In this document: in pieces, positions 51,290-64,000 of the stretch
How the letters are laid out: each line of letters begins with the position of its first letter
Numbering within the stretch: position 1 is the stretch's first letter
NCBI RefSeq assembly: GCF_009914755.1
Contig: NC_060937.1
Source: the human T2T-CHM13v2.0 reference genome, Homo sapiens
Reading direction: 5' to 3' (one strand)
Length of the DNA stretch: 64,000 nucleotides
Program-made: the position numbers and the translations under genes
Notes under the pieces: generated by a model
Database searches by the model: none
What the model saw: only the letters and a program-made list of their open reading frames with translations
What the model was told of the DNA's origin: nothing

Positions 51290-54200
51290 GTAACTAACAT
51301 TTGGTGAGTACTCACTATGACAGTGGGCTAAGCCCTTTATACATATCTCATTTAACAGCAAAAACGATCCTTTAAGGTAATACTATCACCCTATGTTACA
51401 ATGGAGAAAACAGGTTTACAAGACAGTAAGTAACCTTCCCAAGGCTACGACAACAACTAAGTAGAAGGCCTGAGACCATCCTTTATAACTGCATGATAAC
51501 AGCATGGAAGTTGAAAAAAAATCAACAGGAGGGCACATCTTTGTTTAGGCTGAGGTACTGAAGTTTTTCACAAATATCTGTTACAAGTTAAAGCAAGTAC
51601 TAAAGGAAGCACAGTAATTGTATCATTCATTCTTACACACATTTCCCAAAATGCTTTCAAGAGTGAGGAGCTACTGGTCACAATGAGAACACTACATCCC
51701 TGCATTGACTCCTACGGCAGCCTAACAGTGAACAAAGATTGAGAACGATCAATTTAGAGAAGTAAAAAGAGAAATGAGTGTGGTGATAAAAAAGGAGAGA
51801 ACAGGAAGTCTGAGGGTATGTGTTGAAGAAAGAATTTTAAGAAACTGGACATGGTAAGCGCCGTCAAAAACTGCAGACATTAGGATCTCAAATCCAAGCT
51901 AAAAAAAAAAAAAAAAAAACCCAAACAGAAAACTACAGACATCACGGATGTTGAGCAGTAAAACAAATTACTGAATTTCATGCTGGCAGGTGGCTGATAA
52001 CCTGGAAACACTAGCTGGGTAGACTGACAGGCCTATAAACCAGACTGTAGCTATTAGAAAGAGGAGGCATCAGGAGAGAGTAGGACTGGGGGAAGTTCGG
52101 CAGGAAAAAAATGAGATAGTACCACAGTCTCTCCAACTGTCACAGAAGGGTAATTATTTGTGTTGTAAGATAAGAGATATCTTAGCAGGTCTGCAGGCAA
52201 AGGGTTTGAAGCTAATACAAAGGAAGAGATGGTGATTGTGATAAAGTTAGAATAACTGGTGAAGCAAGATCTATAGTGGTTTGAGATAATATTCTTATAT
52301 TGTCTTGGTGCTTCACAATTTACAAAGCACTTTCACATCAAGAATCAAGAATCTCCTTATTCCTTACATGATTCTGTGAGACAGGTGGAGCAAGAATTAT
52401 TACCAGAATTATTGTTCGTTTTACTTGAGGAATCTCAGGCTCAAAGAGGCTTGTGACAGTCTAAGGCAATCTGGAATACAAGAAAGAGCCCTGGGTTTGA
52501 AAATACTATTTCTCATTGGTTCCATGCTTTGAGCAAGTTACTTAGGTTTCTGAAGCTTCAGTTTCCTCACCAGTAAAGTGGAAATACTTTCCAGGCTCCA
52601 TTAACAATTACAGAAACACATGCAATGAACCTGGCATGGTTCCTGGAGAAAAGCAGGCACACTGTAAATTATAGCCACTATTATTGCTGTTAGACAGAGA
52701 CACGGACAGGGACAAGACTAAACCCAGCGGTTTCTACTTCTATTCCAGTTCCCTTCTTCTACTCCTATTCCAGTTCCCTTCTATTCCCCAAAGCTGACCT
52801 TACCTCTAAAAAGAAATGCAACACTGTGTCAAGAAGCTGTGTAGATGCAGTAAACTTTCATTAATCACCTGCCATGTGCCTGCATGACAACTCCTCAGTG
52901 TGGAAAGATGAACACATTGTAACAATAATGACGACCAATCCAAATGATCAGGGGCAGAGGAGCACTGCAAACAAGGCATTGGCTCAAAGATGAGGCTGTG
53001 GTCAGTTACACCTGGCAGAGGGGAGAAGCTGGGAATGGGAGGAACAGAGAGAACTACGAAGAAGAGGCAGCATCTGGAGCACACCTGGAAAGATGAGGCT
53101 CCTAGAAGAGGGGGAGGGCACTCAAAGGGGAAGAAAGAGGGCAGCAAAGGCCCAAGGGGATTCAAGCAAATGGGGCAGACAAGCTCAAGCAAGCACTAGT
53201 GCCTTAGTCCTCACTCAGCTGCCTCAGCCATCCAGAGCGAGACTACATGCCTCTCCACACCCTCAGTGACTCTCACCAAATGCAGGCTACTTCCTTCCTG
53301 AAGAAAAGCCAGAAGGAGAGAGGTCCAGAGAGGGTGGAAGAGATTCAAAAAGCTACAGGGTGTTTCCTGCAGCTCCAACCCACATCTGAGGGGCCCCAAG
53401 GAGCAGTCCCACATGACCAGCCAGTCAGGAGGGCGTGACTGCTGTGCTCTCAGCTCACGTCTTCAACACGGAGTGAAAAAACATGCACAGAGGGTGTTTG
53501 GGTGGTCACAGGCCCCAGTACAGCCCTCCACGCCAGGCTCATCATGTGGCTCCGCCTGCCTCCACAGAGCACTCCGAGGCTGAGGCCGACCTGTGAACAA
53601 CCAACTGCACCATCTCCATCCACAGCTTCCTTATCTGCATAGATGCTACACATAAGAACATTTTCCTCTCTCATCTAGAGACCCAAGACAGTGGGAAAGC
53701 ACCATGGGCAGCATATAGGACCTCACAGCACAGCAGAGCCACAACCAGCAGAGACAGAGCTTAGATGCATTTTGAGGATTTGGCTTCAGTGCCATCCCTG
53801 TCACCACCTCAGACTCTTCTACAGTTTTACAAGAATTTTATGACTATTTTTTGTAAAGAATTCCATGGATCTGGACCCAGAAGTAAGGGATCTCTAGAAC
53901 CCTTTGATTCCTCTGAAGAAAGAAAGTGGAAGAAAATTGTGTTATCCACTACAGGTGACTGAATAAGTCCAATAAACACTCTGCTATTCTGGTTTATAAT
54001 ACGTTACATATGAGTTTACAGATTTTCAGCAAAGAACCAGAACATACCACTATCAACATGATACAATGGTATAATTAGGTCTTTTAAATTAAGAACAATA
54101 GAATTTAGTAATGTATCAAAATCTTCATCTAATCTTCATCCAACACTAATTATGATTGAAATGAGCACAGAAATATCAGTCAAGAAGAGACTTTCAACTG

Positions 54201-55839
54201 AAGAATTCATCATTGTAAACTGAATTTTAAAAAAGTCAATGGATCACTGTATTTATGAAGCACACTCTATGAGTCAGACTTATATTTCAACCTCTGACGC
54301 ACCTGGAATTAAGGTAAAGAAAGAACTTGGATATTACGTCCAAACACCATGGCCTCAAACTTAGTGAAAATATAAAACACAATCAAGTACAGTCAGAGAA
54401 TCCAGGTTGAAACACAGGTAAACACAGCTTCAGTCTCACCTTATTCTATTCAGTGAGTGAGAGCAAATGTGACAGAGAACATGTGCACCAAATGGCAAAT
54501 GCCCACAGAGGCTTGTTACAGAATGAACAAGATGGCCTGCCGGAGGGCACGTGTGGGCGAGGAAAAAATGGACACCTGTAAAGGACACAGCACGTGACAG
54601 TACTGTCAGAGAAACTATTTTTAACTTTATCAAAAGCAAATGAAACTGTATTTTTGGCATCAGGAATGACTAAGTATAATTCTCATGTTATAGCTGGGTG
54701 ACATTTTGAAATGCTGCCTTGAAAACCACAGGGAGAGCTACTGTTTTATTTGGTTACATAGAGAAGGTAGCAGTAAAGGAACTGAATGATACTGGAAACC
54801 TGTTTGCCCTTTAGGTAACTATATAGAACTGAAAAGACCTTTCCCCCTGTTCTATAAAGAATCCACCATTGCTAATTTGGTTCTGTCTTGACTTCTGAAG
54901 CTAGTGGCAAGAAAATTGCTCCAGTCAAACTTCCTGGCAACCAGGAAATAATTTTCATTAATGGTGCAGATCAGCAACACAGTTCACTGAAAACTGTGGT
55001 TAACAGAAATCAAAGCTAAAGAAAGACAGTACAATTCCATCATCATCCTAGGGATTAGGAAAGTAAACCAGTAGGCCTGACTTCAGTGAGAGATGACACC
55101 ACACCAATGTGCCACTAGATGACAGAATTCTCGCCATAGAGGCTGGGGCCAAATCTCACTACAGCAAGGAGACCTCTATTGCAATGGTCTCTCATTCAGC
55201 TTAAGCTGTATCAAAATGTGAAATCAAACAGCCATGTCTAAAATTGAACAGTAGGAAAGAATAACCAAAAATAACACCTATGTGCTGCCTCTTGCTTTAG
55301 GAAGAACAGAATGGGAGTTGTGGAAATGTCGTGAGAGAGGATCCAGGTTAGCCCTGGAACAGGGAGGAATGAAAACCTAGTGAGAAGGAACAAGTGGCAG
55401 CAGCAAAAGGGAAATAGGCAGAGATTTTCTCCCCCAGAGCCTTGTGGAAAACGATGAAAGGAAAGTGGCCAGACAGCCATTTGCTTTGCCTAAGGAGCTT
55501 TTCCAAGCCTCTTTGAATTACTGAGTCCAGCAACAGACCCTATTCTCAGACCTCTCCCCAGGTTGCAGACACGACTGGCCCAGAACTGGAGAAATCACCA
55601 CCCCTTTTCTGTCCTGCAGGGATGCAGCAAGTGGTTCAAACTCAACTGGGAATAATAAACACAGGTATTTTGAGTCTCACTCAACAAGCTCCTAAAAGAC
55701 TGACTTTTCAGTGCAATTGGCCAAGTTATGACAGATTTGGCATCCCTCCAAAATGACTGTAATAGACTGAAACACAATGAATCAATGGAATTCCATTAGT
55801 TTATAATGACGCTTTACAAAGAGAAAGCCAGATAATACT

Positions 55840-56855
55840 CATTTGTCACTAGTTCAGAAAACTATTACAATAAATCCTTATTTTGAGAATTGGTAATTAA
55901 AAAGAATGACTGACTCAGATGAAGACTATCAATGGGTGTTAAAGCCACTGGGTAAATGACTGAGGAAAAACTGGACATTTCCATGTTGCTGGGAACACCA
56001 CAGAGATCCCTTTCTAGCTGAGAGGGAAACCCTCATCGCAGACTGCAGAGATCCTGTCAGCATCAATCTACCTAGTGGTCCATCTTCACATCACCCTCTG
56101 TGGGCAACTGATATTTCATGTCTTTTTTTTAATTTTCTTTTTTTTTTTAAGAGATGGAGTCTCACTCTGTTGCCCACGCTGGAGTACAGTGGCATGACCA
56201 TAACTTGCTGCAGCCTTGAACTCCAGGATTCGAGTGATCCTCCCACCTGAGCCTCCAAGTCGCTGGGATTACAGACATGTGTCACCATGCTCAGCTATTT
56301 CACATCTTTTGATGTGATGTGACACAAAGTATACAACATCACCTATGGGTGTCCATGCCAAAAACGGGAAATGTTTAACAGTGAGTTATTATATGTAACA
56401 TCCAGCTTACAGGAATGATAGGAAGAGAGGAACTAGTGAAATGATGCCACAAGGAAGCACACAGATAAATCCAGAAAGTTAGAAATTCTGTAGGACAAAT
56501 GGCCTGGTCTCTTCAACAACTGTTGCTGATAATATGACAAAAAAGAGAGTAAGAAGAGCATGAGGCATGGGGAATTGCTCTAAAGTAAGAGAGAGGAGAC
56601 AGAAAAGCCAAGAGAATGTGGAGGCTTTGTTGGAGTCCTAATTCTAACAAGCTAACGGGGAAAAAAGCTGATTTGATACTACCAAGGAAATACGAATATA
56701 GACTAGATATTAAATGATGCCAACAAATTGCTATTAAATTTTTATTAGGTAATAATGATACAAGAGTTATGTAAGAAGATGTTCATCCTTTTCAAAAGTA
56801 CATAATAAAGGTATAAGACTGAGATGACATGAGGGCTAGGATTTCCTTTAAAGTA
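55840..56855 (+). mobile_element. L1MC-like 3' UTR fragment with nested Alu monomer (56121-56297, minus)
   Basis: gaaattctgtaggacaaatggcctggtctcttcaac...gaatatagactagatattaaatgat; continues after the Tigger at ~58450-58800. Confidence 0.7.
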
Positions 56856-58353
<1,498 letters not shown>

Positions 58354-58481
58354 TACATTAGTAATGAGAAAAGAGAAAGGAAGGAAAGCAGGGAGGGAAG
58401 GAAGAAGGAAAAGAAGAGCAAAGAAAGAAGAAAACTGAAAAAAGAGACAAATGAAGCAAACATAGAAAAATCTTGGTAATT

Positions 58482-58623
58482 GGCCAGGTGCGGTGGCTCA
58501 CGCCTGTAATCCCAGCACTTTGGGAGGCCGAGGTGGGCGGATCACAAGTTCAGCAGATCGAGATCATCCTGGCTAACACGGTGAAACCTCGTCTCTACTA
58601 AAAATACAAAAAATTAGCCGGGC
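58482..58623 (+). mobile_element. Young Alu left monomer only (no right arm, no A tail)
   Basis: ggccaggtgcggtggctcacg...atcctggctaacacggtg...aaattagccgggc, then an abrupt switch to taa(T)18. Confidence 0.9.
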
Positions 58624-58943
58624 TAATTTTTTTTTTTTTTTTTTGTAGAATCTGGGAGATCAATATGCAGAGGTTACTTATATTGCTCTACTTCTGTTTG
58701 TTTAATTCATTTTTTTCTTAAACAATTTTTTCTTTGTTCTTTTTCTTTTGACTGAGCCATCCATTTCCTATTTGTTTATTTTGAAAGTTTTCATAATAAA
58801 GGTTAATTTTTAAAAATTTAAAACTACCAAGATCACTAATCCTATACTAACAAAGCATGAGATTTCTCACATCAAAAAAAAAGTCCTTCTGTGAGAGCCC
58901 ATTTTTTGAATAGTTTAAAACACAAAACATCTGTATTTCATTA

Positions 58944-59407
<464 letters not shown>

Positions 59408-60829
59408 TCACAGAAAAGAAATAGTGTTTCCAAAGCATCAAAAACAAAATCCAAACACTGGAAGGATACATTAAACAACTTAAAAGTGGTGACTTCTGGG
59501 GCAGAGGTAGAGATGAGTATTCTCAATTAATACTTCTTAACATTGTTGATTTTTTGAGCCATGTGAATGTATTGCCTAATCAAAAATAAAATTTAATTTC
59601 AAATAAAATAATTTATTTTTGTATCTGAAAGACGTAATGTTACTCTTCCATGAAGAATCTTACAATAAAGCTTTAAAAAGGAAAAATGAGCTGCTCTTTA
59701 AGACTTGCTGACAGTCACTTATACTACTACGGTATTTTCCAGGATCAACCTTTGGCACTTTTAAAACATGTTAATTTCTCCTCCTGCTTCTAAACAGGTT
59801 CTTTTCTTTAGATGAACATTAAAAACTTGAAATAAATCTGAGGTATTTAACATAAAAGCAAAAGACTCCCTGAGGTTAACTTGAAAAAAAGGCTCGAATC
59901 AAGGAAAGCCCCTTCTATATTTCATTTTGTGTCAAGCCACACATTTAAGTCTTTACTTGAAAGGTGATGAATTTAACAAGGATTTAGAAATCTTCACTTT
60001 GTTCCACTCTTCTAACCCCAAACCCAACCTATGATATTTTTCCTTTCTTTTCTCATCCATTACCTGTGCGGCAGCCTCCTCTTGTCAATCAAGATTACTG
60101 AAGCCTCAAACCAAAACTCAGTAGCCTATTAAGCTACTTAAAATAGATTTTTAAAACCCGATTCTTACAACCCCTTCTGATGCATTTCTGCATCCCTTTT
60201 CCTGGTTCTTTTACTGAGTTAATAGTCAAATAAATAAATTAGTATTAAAACTTTAAAATAAGCTAAAGCCCCACATGGATATCTGGCAGACTACATTGTG
60301 TTCCCAGCATACCTGGTGATTTCAAGGACTTAGCAAGCAGGTGGAAGACTCCATCAACCAGTGAGCACTGCAAACATGTCATGCAAAAACATGGCATTCT
60401 CTTTCTAAAAAAACCTCATCACTGGATTGCTTTTCATGGTTACTGGTCTAGATACAAGTTTGAATAGGGGCTATGAATTAGTATGTATTTACTGAGGGTC
60501 CAGAATGTTTGTTCTTGCAGAGCTTTAAAATATGGTTGACAAGACACATTTAACATCCAGAACATCTTAGCAGGTCAACTGTGTAGCACACAGGCTGTTA
60601 AGCACAGCAGAGCCAGGAGCTACACAAGGCTAGTGCAGACTCAGCAGCTTCATGGACACCTGGCAAGATGTCACAGATGTGTAAGACAAACCAGGGAGGC
60701 AATGGGAACCCACTGCTCCCCTGACAGAGGTTCTGCCTTTGAGACAGAAAGGGGTTTGGCTGGGATAAACTGTGGAGGAAGAGCAGCGGTGGAAGAAAAA
60801 TCAGAACAAATAAATGTGAGTAGAGATGT

Positions 60830-61211
60830 TTCTTTCTGTAAAACAAAAGTAGGTTGTGATCAGATCCTACAGTGCGCCCAGAGCCAGGCTTGTGGGCTGT
60901 TGGCAGCTATATTTATACCCACTGTTATTTAAATGCAAATTAAGGGGTGGGTTAATGCAAATTGGGGGTAGATTATTCAGAACTTTCTAGGAAGGGGGTG
61001 CTAACTTCCCGGTCATTGGCCTTGGCACTAGTAAACTGTCAAGGCGCTGGTGGGAGTGAATTATGCTAATGAGTAGTGAGGGCAGCCAGAAATCCCTTTC
61101 CTTGCCATCTGTTGGTCTGGGCTGGTTTCTTTACTTCATTCTGTTTGGACCAGATCCTGTTCTGGTCAGGAGGTTGTGACCAGAAAACAAGTCCTGCTGA
61201 TCTCCTACCTC
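60830..61211 (-). mobile_element. ERV1 LTR (MER66/MER50-group-like)
   Basis: Reverse strand begins gaggtaggagatcagcaggacttgttttctggtcacaacc; contains cccttaatttgcat motifs and taaatatagctgcca. The lower boundary is uncertain. Confidence 0.7.
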
Positions 61212-61804
61212 GGAACCACCATTTGGGCATGCTATATTTACAGAGTATAGTTAGTGAAAAAACTATCACTTATATTTAAGGCCAAGGCATTAATGAAAAT
61301 AATCAGGTATCGGGGACATGATATGAAAGGAATACCTGATAAAAATGAGAGTAGCAAAAATTAGAATATTTATTAAATTAGAATATTTAATATTCTAAAT
61401 ATTGAGAATTAAAATTAGAATTCTAAAAATTAGAATATTTAATATCAAATATATTTAATTTACATTACTCTCCAATGTCAAAAATCAAATGCTTTACATA
61501 AACATGGAAAGTACAAATAAATTTTATTACTGATTTATGCTACATCTTTAACAGGTGAAACAACCAAGCCAAATCTTTCTTTGACAGAATTTTAAAAGAG
61601 ACATTTTATTTTTTAATGCAACTATAGGGAGCAGGGTTTCAAGTTCTGCAACCAGAAAACAATTTTGTAAAACAAATATATTCTAAACCCTCGTTGTTTA
61701 CCATAACCAAATTATTATAGACTTTGAATAACAGTTTATGTGTTTTCACTAAAAAAAAGACTGATGCTGAATTTGAGATACATTTTTAAAAAAATGGTAG
61801 CTAA

Positions 61805-62040
61805 CCAACCTGGGCAACACAGCAAGAACCTATATCTCTACAAAAAAATTTAAAAATCAGCTGGGTATGGTGGTACACACCTGTAGTGCCAGCTACTTGG
61901 GAGGCTGAGGCAGGAGGGCTGCTGGAACCTAGGAGGTTGAGGCTACAGTGAGACATGATTACGCCACTGTACTTTGGCCTGGGCGACAAAGTGAGACCCT
62001 GTCTCTAAAAAGAGTTGTTTAATGAAAAATAAAAATAAAA
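61805..62040 (+). mobile_element. 5'-truncated AluJ
   Basis: cctgggcaacacagcaagaacc...gtgagaccctgtctc. Confidence 0.85.
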
Positions 62041-62863
62041 AGTAGTAACTGACCAAATATTCTTAACTAAAGGTTAGGACACAATTATGCCTTGTAAGTA
62101 AAAATGGTTTTGGCAACAGTGATAGATGGAGACCAAAGAGAGGAAAATAAATGAAAATTAAGTGAGTAAGTGCTTCAAAACACTAATTGATCTTAGGCTA
62201 CCTCATCCTGCTGGTATAGAAAAGAATATAGAAAGTTATTGTTTTCTGTTTTTATGACAAATGCCGAAATAAATAATTAAGCAAATACTTCTTATTTTGG
62301 AGAAGTACCTACTATGCTTTACTTGATGCTTCAATAATGCATAGTAATAAAAATATTTTAAAGCTTAATACCAAATAAATACACATATCATCACAGTACA
62401 TGCTGGTATGCTTTAATGAGGAAAAAAAAACAAAAAACTTACATTTTCTTCTATTACCTAAATCAACCTTAACTCTCCTACTTAAACAGCATATCTCAAA
62501 AACTAACTACAAGGGAAAAATGTTAATAAGTTGTTAAAGAGTAGGATTCTGAGATTTTTTTTTAAAAACTCCTATTGGGTATATAAAGTTGCTTCAGCTA
62601 TAAACATTTTAAAGTGTGTTCACTGTGAAAAGAGCTCTATTTCTTGGGTTTATAACATAAAAATTACAGAAATAGTGTGTCTGTAGGGAGAGAAGGGCAT
62701 ACCTACTTTTCTCCAATATAATAAACACAGGAGGATATAGAAGCCAGAGGAGTACTTCTGTCAACTTAAGTTCCTTAAATCTTTATTTCATTTATATCCT
62801 TCCAGATGGACCAATAATGTGTTGACAATATATGTGTCCAAATAAAAATGAGAAAACATAAGA

Positions 62864-62928
62864 GCGCCACTGCACTCCAGCCTGGGAGAGAGCAAGACTC
62901 CGCCTCAAAAAAAAAAAAAAAAAAAAAA
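62864..62928 (+). mobile_element. Severely 5'-truncated Alu (last ~43 nt plus A tail)
   Basis: gcgccactgcactccagcctggg...gactccgcctc followed by poly-A. Confidence 0.85.
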
Positions 62929-63295
62929 GGAAAATAACGTAGTACCACGCCATGTACCACTTTATTCCTTTACTGGTTCAGTAAACACATGCTGAGCCCC
63001 TACTCTGGGCCAGCAATGGGATACAACAAGGATTCCAGCAATGCTCACAGCCTAGGAAGAGAACCAGAAAGCTACGCAAGGGCAGAGCTGGAGAGGGACC
63101 AGATTGTAGAATTTTAAACAAGGAAATGATACAAGCAGCTGAAGAATACATGAGTGGAGCAGACCACGCCAGCAGAAAGAATGGTGTCAGGGGAAGGGTT
63201 TGTACTGTGGGCGACTCAGTGGATGACAGTAGCTGCTGAATAAACATTAGTTTCCTTTTTCCTTTTCCTGTACGGGTATTTCTTGAAAAACTTAC

Positions 63296-63348
63296 CTTTC
63301 TGCACGAATCACACCACTGTAGTAAGGGGGGTCCCAGGGCATTACTTC
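63296..63348 (-). CDS. MIPEP: MIPEP coding exon (probably exon 10), 53 nt, EVMPWDPPYYSGVIRAE(R)
   Basis: Minus strand reads ttccattgtag|GAAGTAATGCCCTGG...GCAGAAAG|gtaagt. Translation matches human MIPEP as recalled. Ends in phase 2, matching the next exon. Confidence 0.96.
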
Positions 63349-64000
63349 CTACAATGGAATAATTCACTGTTAAGGAAAGCTACTGACTCTTTCATAGTTT
63401 TTATCAGCAACGTGGCCAGCCTATAGAATGTAAACCAGCTACTGTTCATGTAAATCAGAACAATTTTATAGAATCCCTTAAAAAATTGATAGCTTGGCAG
63501 AAAATACCTGGCTCCTTATTTTGACTTCCCTGTAATCAAGGGATAGTGAAGTATAACTAAGACCTACCCCAGAATCTGGGGAAAAGACAAACAAATGTCA
63601 TTCTGAAGTGGTATCTAACAAAAGTAAACATTAACGAATTATATTAGCCATAATGAAATTTTTCCCAAAATGTAACCCATGTATTAATCCATAAAACACA
63701 CTGTAGGTAAGATGAGTGTACTAAAGGTAAGATTAAGGTTCTTTCTAAATCTAAGCAAGAAGCTTTGGGTAGATATCAAAAATGAAAGCAGCAATTTAAA
63801 ATGTAACCAAGGCAGAATTAACTCTAATCTTGGCAAAGAAAATATGTCATAAAGAAGTACTATAGTACTAGTTGCTTTTGATGATTGGCACATAATACTG
63901 AAAGAAGGGAAAGCTTGAATACTTGAATGACTGTCCTTCCTTCTAGGTGTCCAGGTGGACAAAAGAGTGGTTAAGAGACCAGGCTGTGAAGACAGACTGC

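Noticed and set aside
52740-52782. Short direct repeat ctattccagttcccttct
   Set aside because: An 18-bp slippage duplication in a pyrimidine-rich tract; no sign of function.
55169-55191. Outward-facing BsaI sites GAGACC-N11-GGTCTC resembling a Golden Gate cassette
   Set aside because: Six-base arms in native-looking sequence with no vector context; compatible with chance or a small quasi-palindrome.

Overview
Primate (almost certainly human) genomic DNA: a 64-kb internal segment of MIPEP (mitochondrial intermediate peptidase, peptidase family M3A) on the minus strand. Seven coding exons can be read directly, all with GT-AG junctions and consistent phases: 63296-63348, 45771-45924, 44085-44162, 41988-42192, 40676-40785, 14266-14340 and 10366-10485. 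They are probably exons 10-16 (residues ~352-616) and include the HEMGH zinc motif and the downstream Glu ligand. The rest is intron, rich in Alu, L1, L2, MIR, an ancient L3/CR1, MaLR/ERV1 solo LTRs and Tigger/MER DNA transposons. Nearly all ORFs in the supplied track are Alu-derived or chance ORFs. I found no convincing new multi-gene system. The best leads are: a candidate poison exon overlapping an E-box/TGACAG-palindrome element, an L2-derived intronic CpG island, an OCT-KLF-OCT cluster in an LTR, an NQO1-like ARE, inverted Alu pairs predicting circRNAs and editing, a Gly488 allele, a G30 tract and several fold-back or duplication scars. Repeat boundaries and subfamily names are by eye and approximate.
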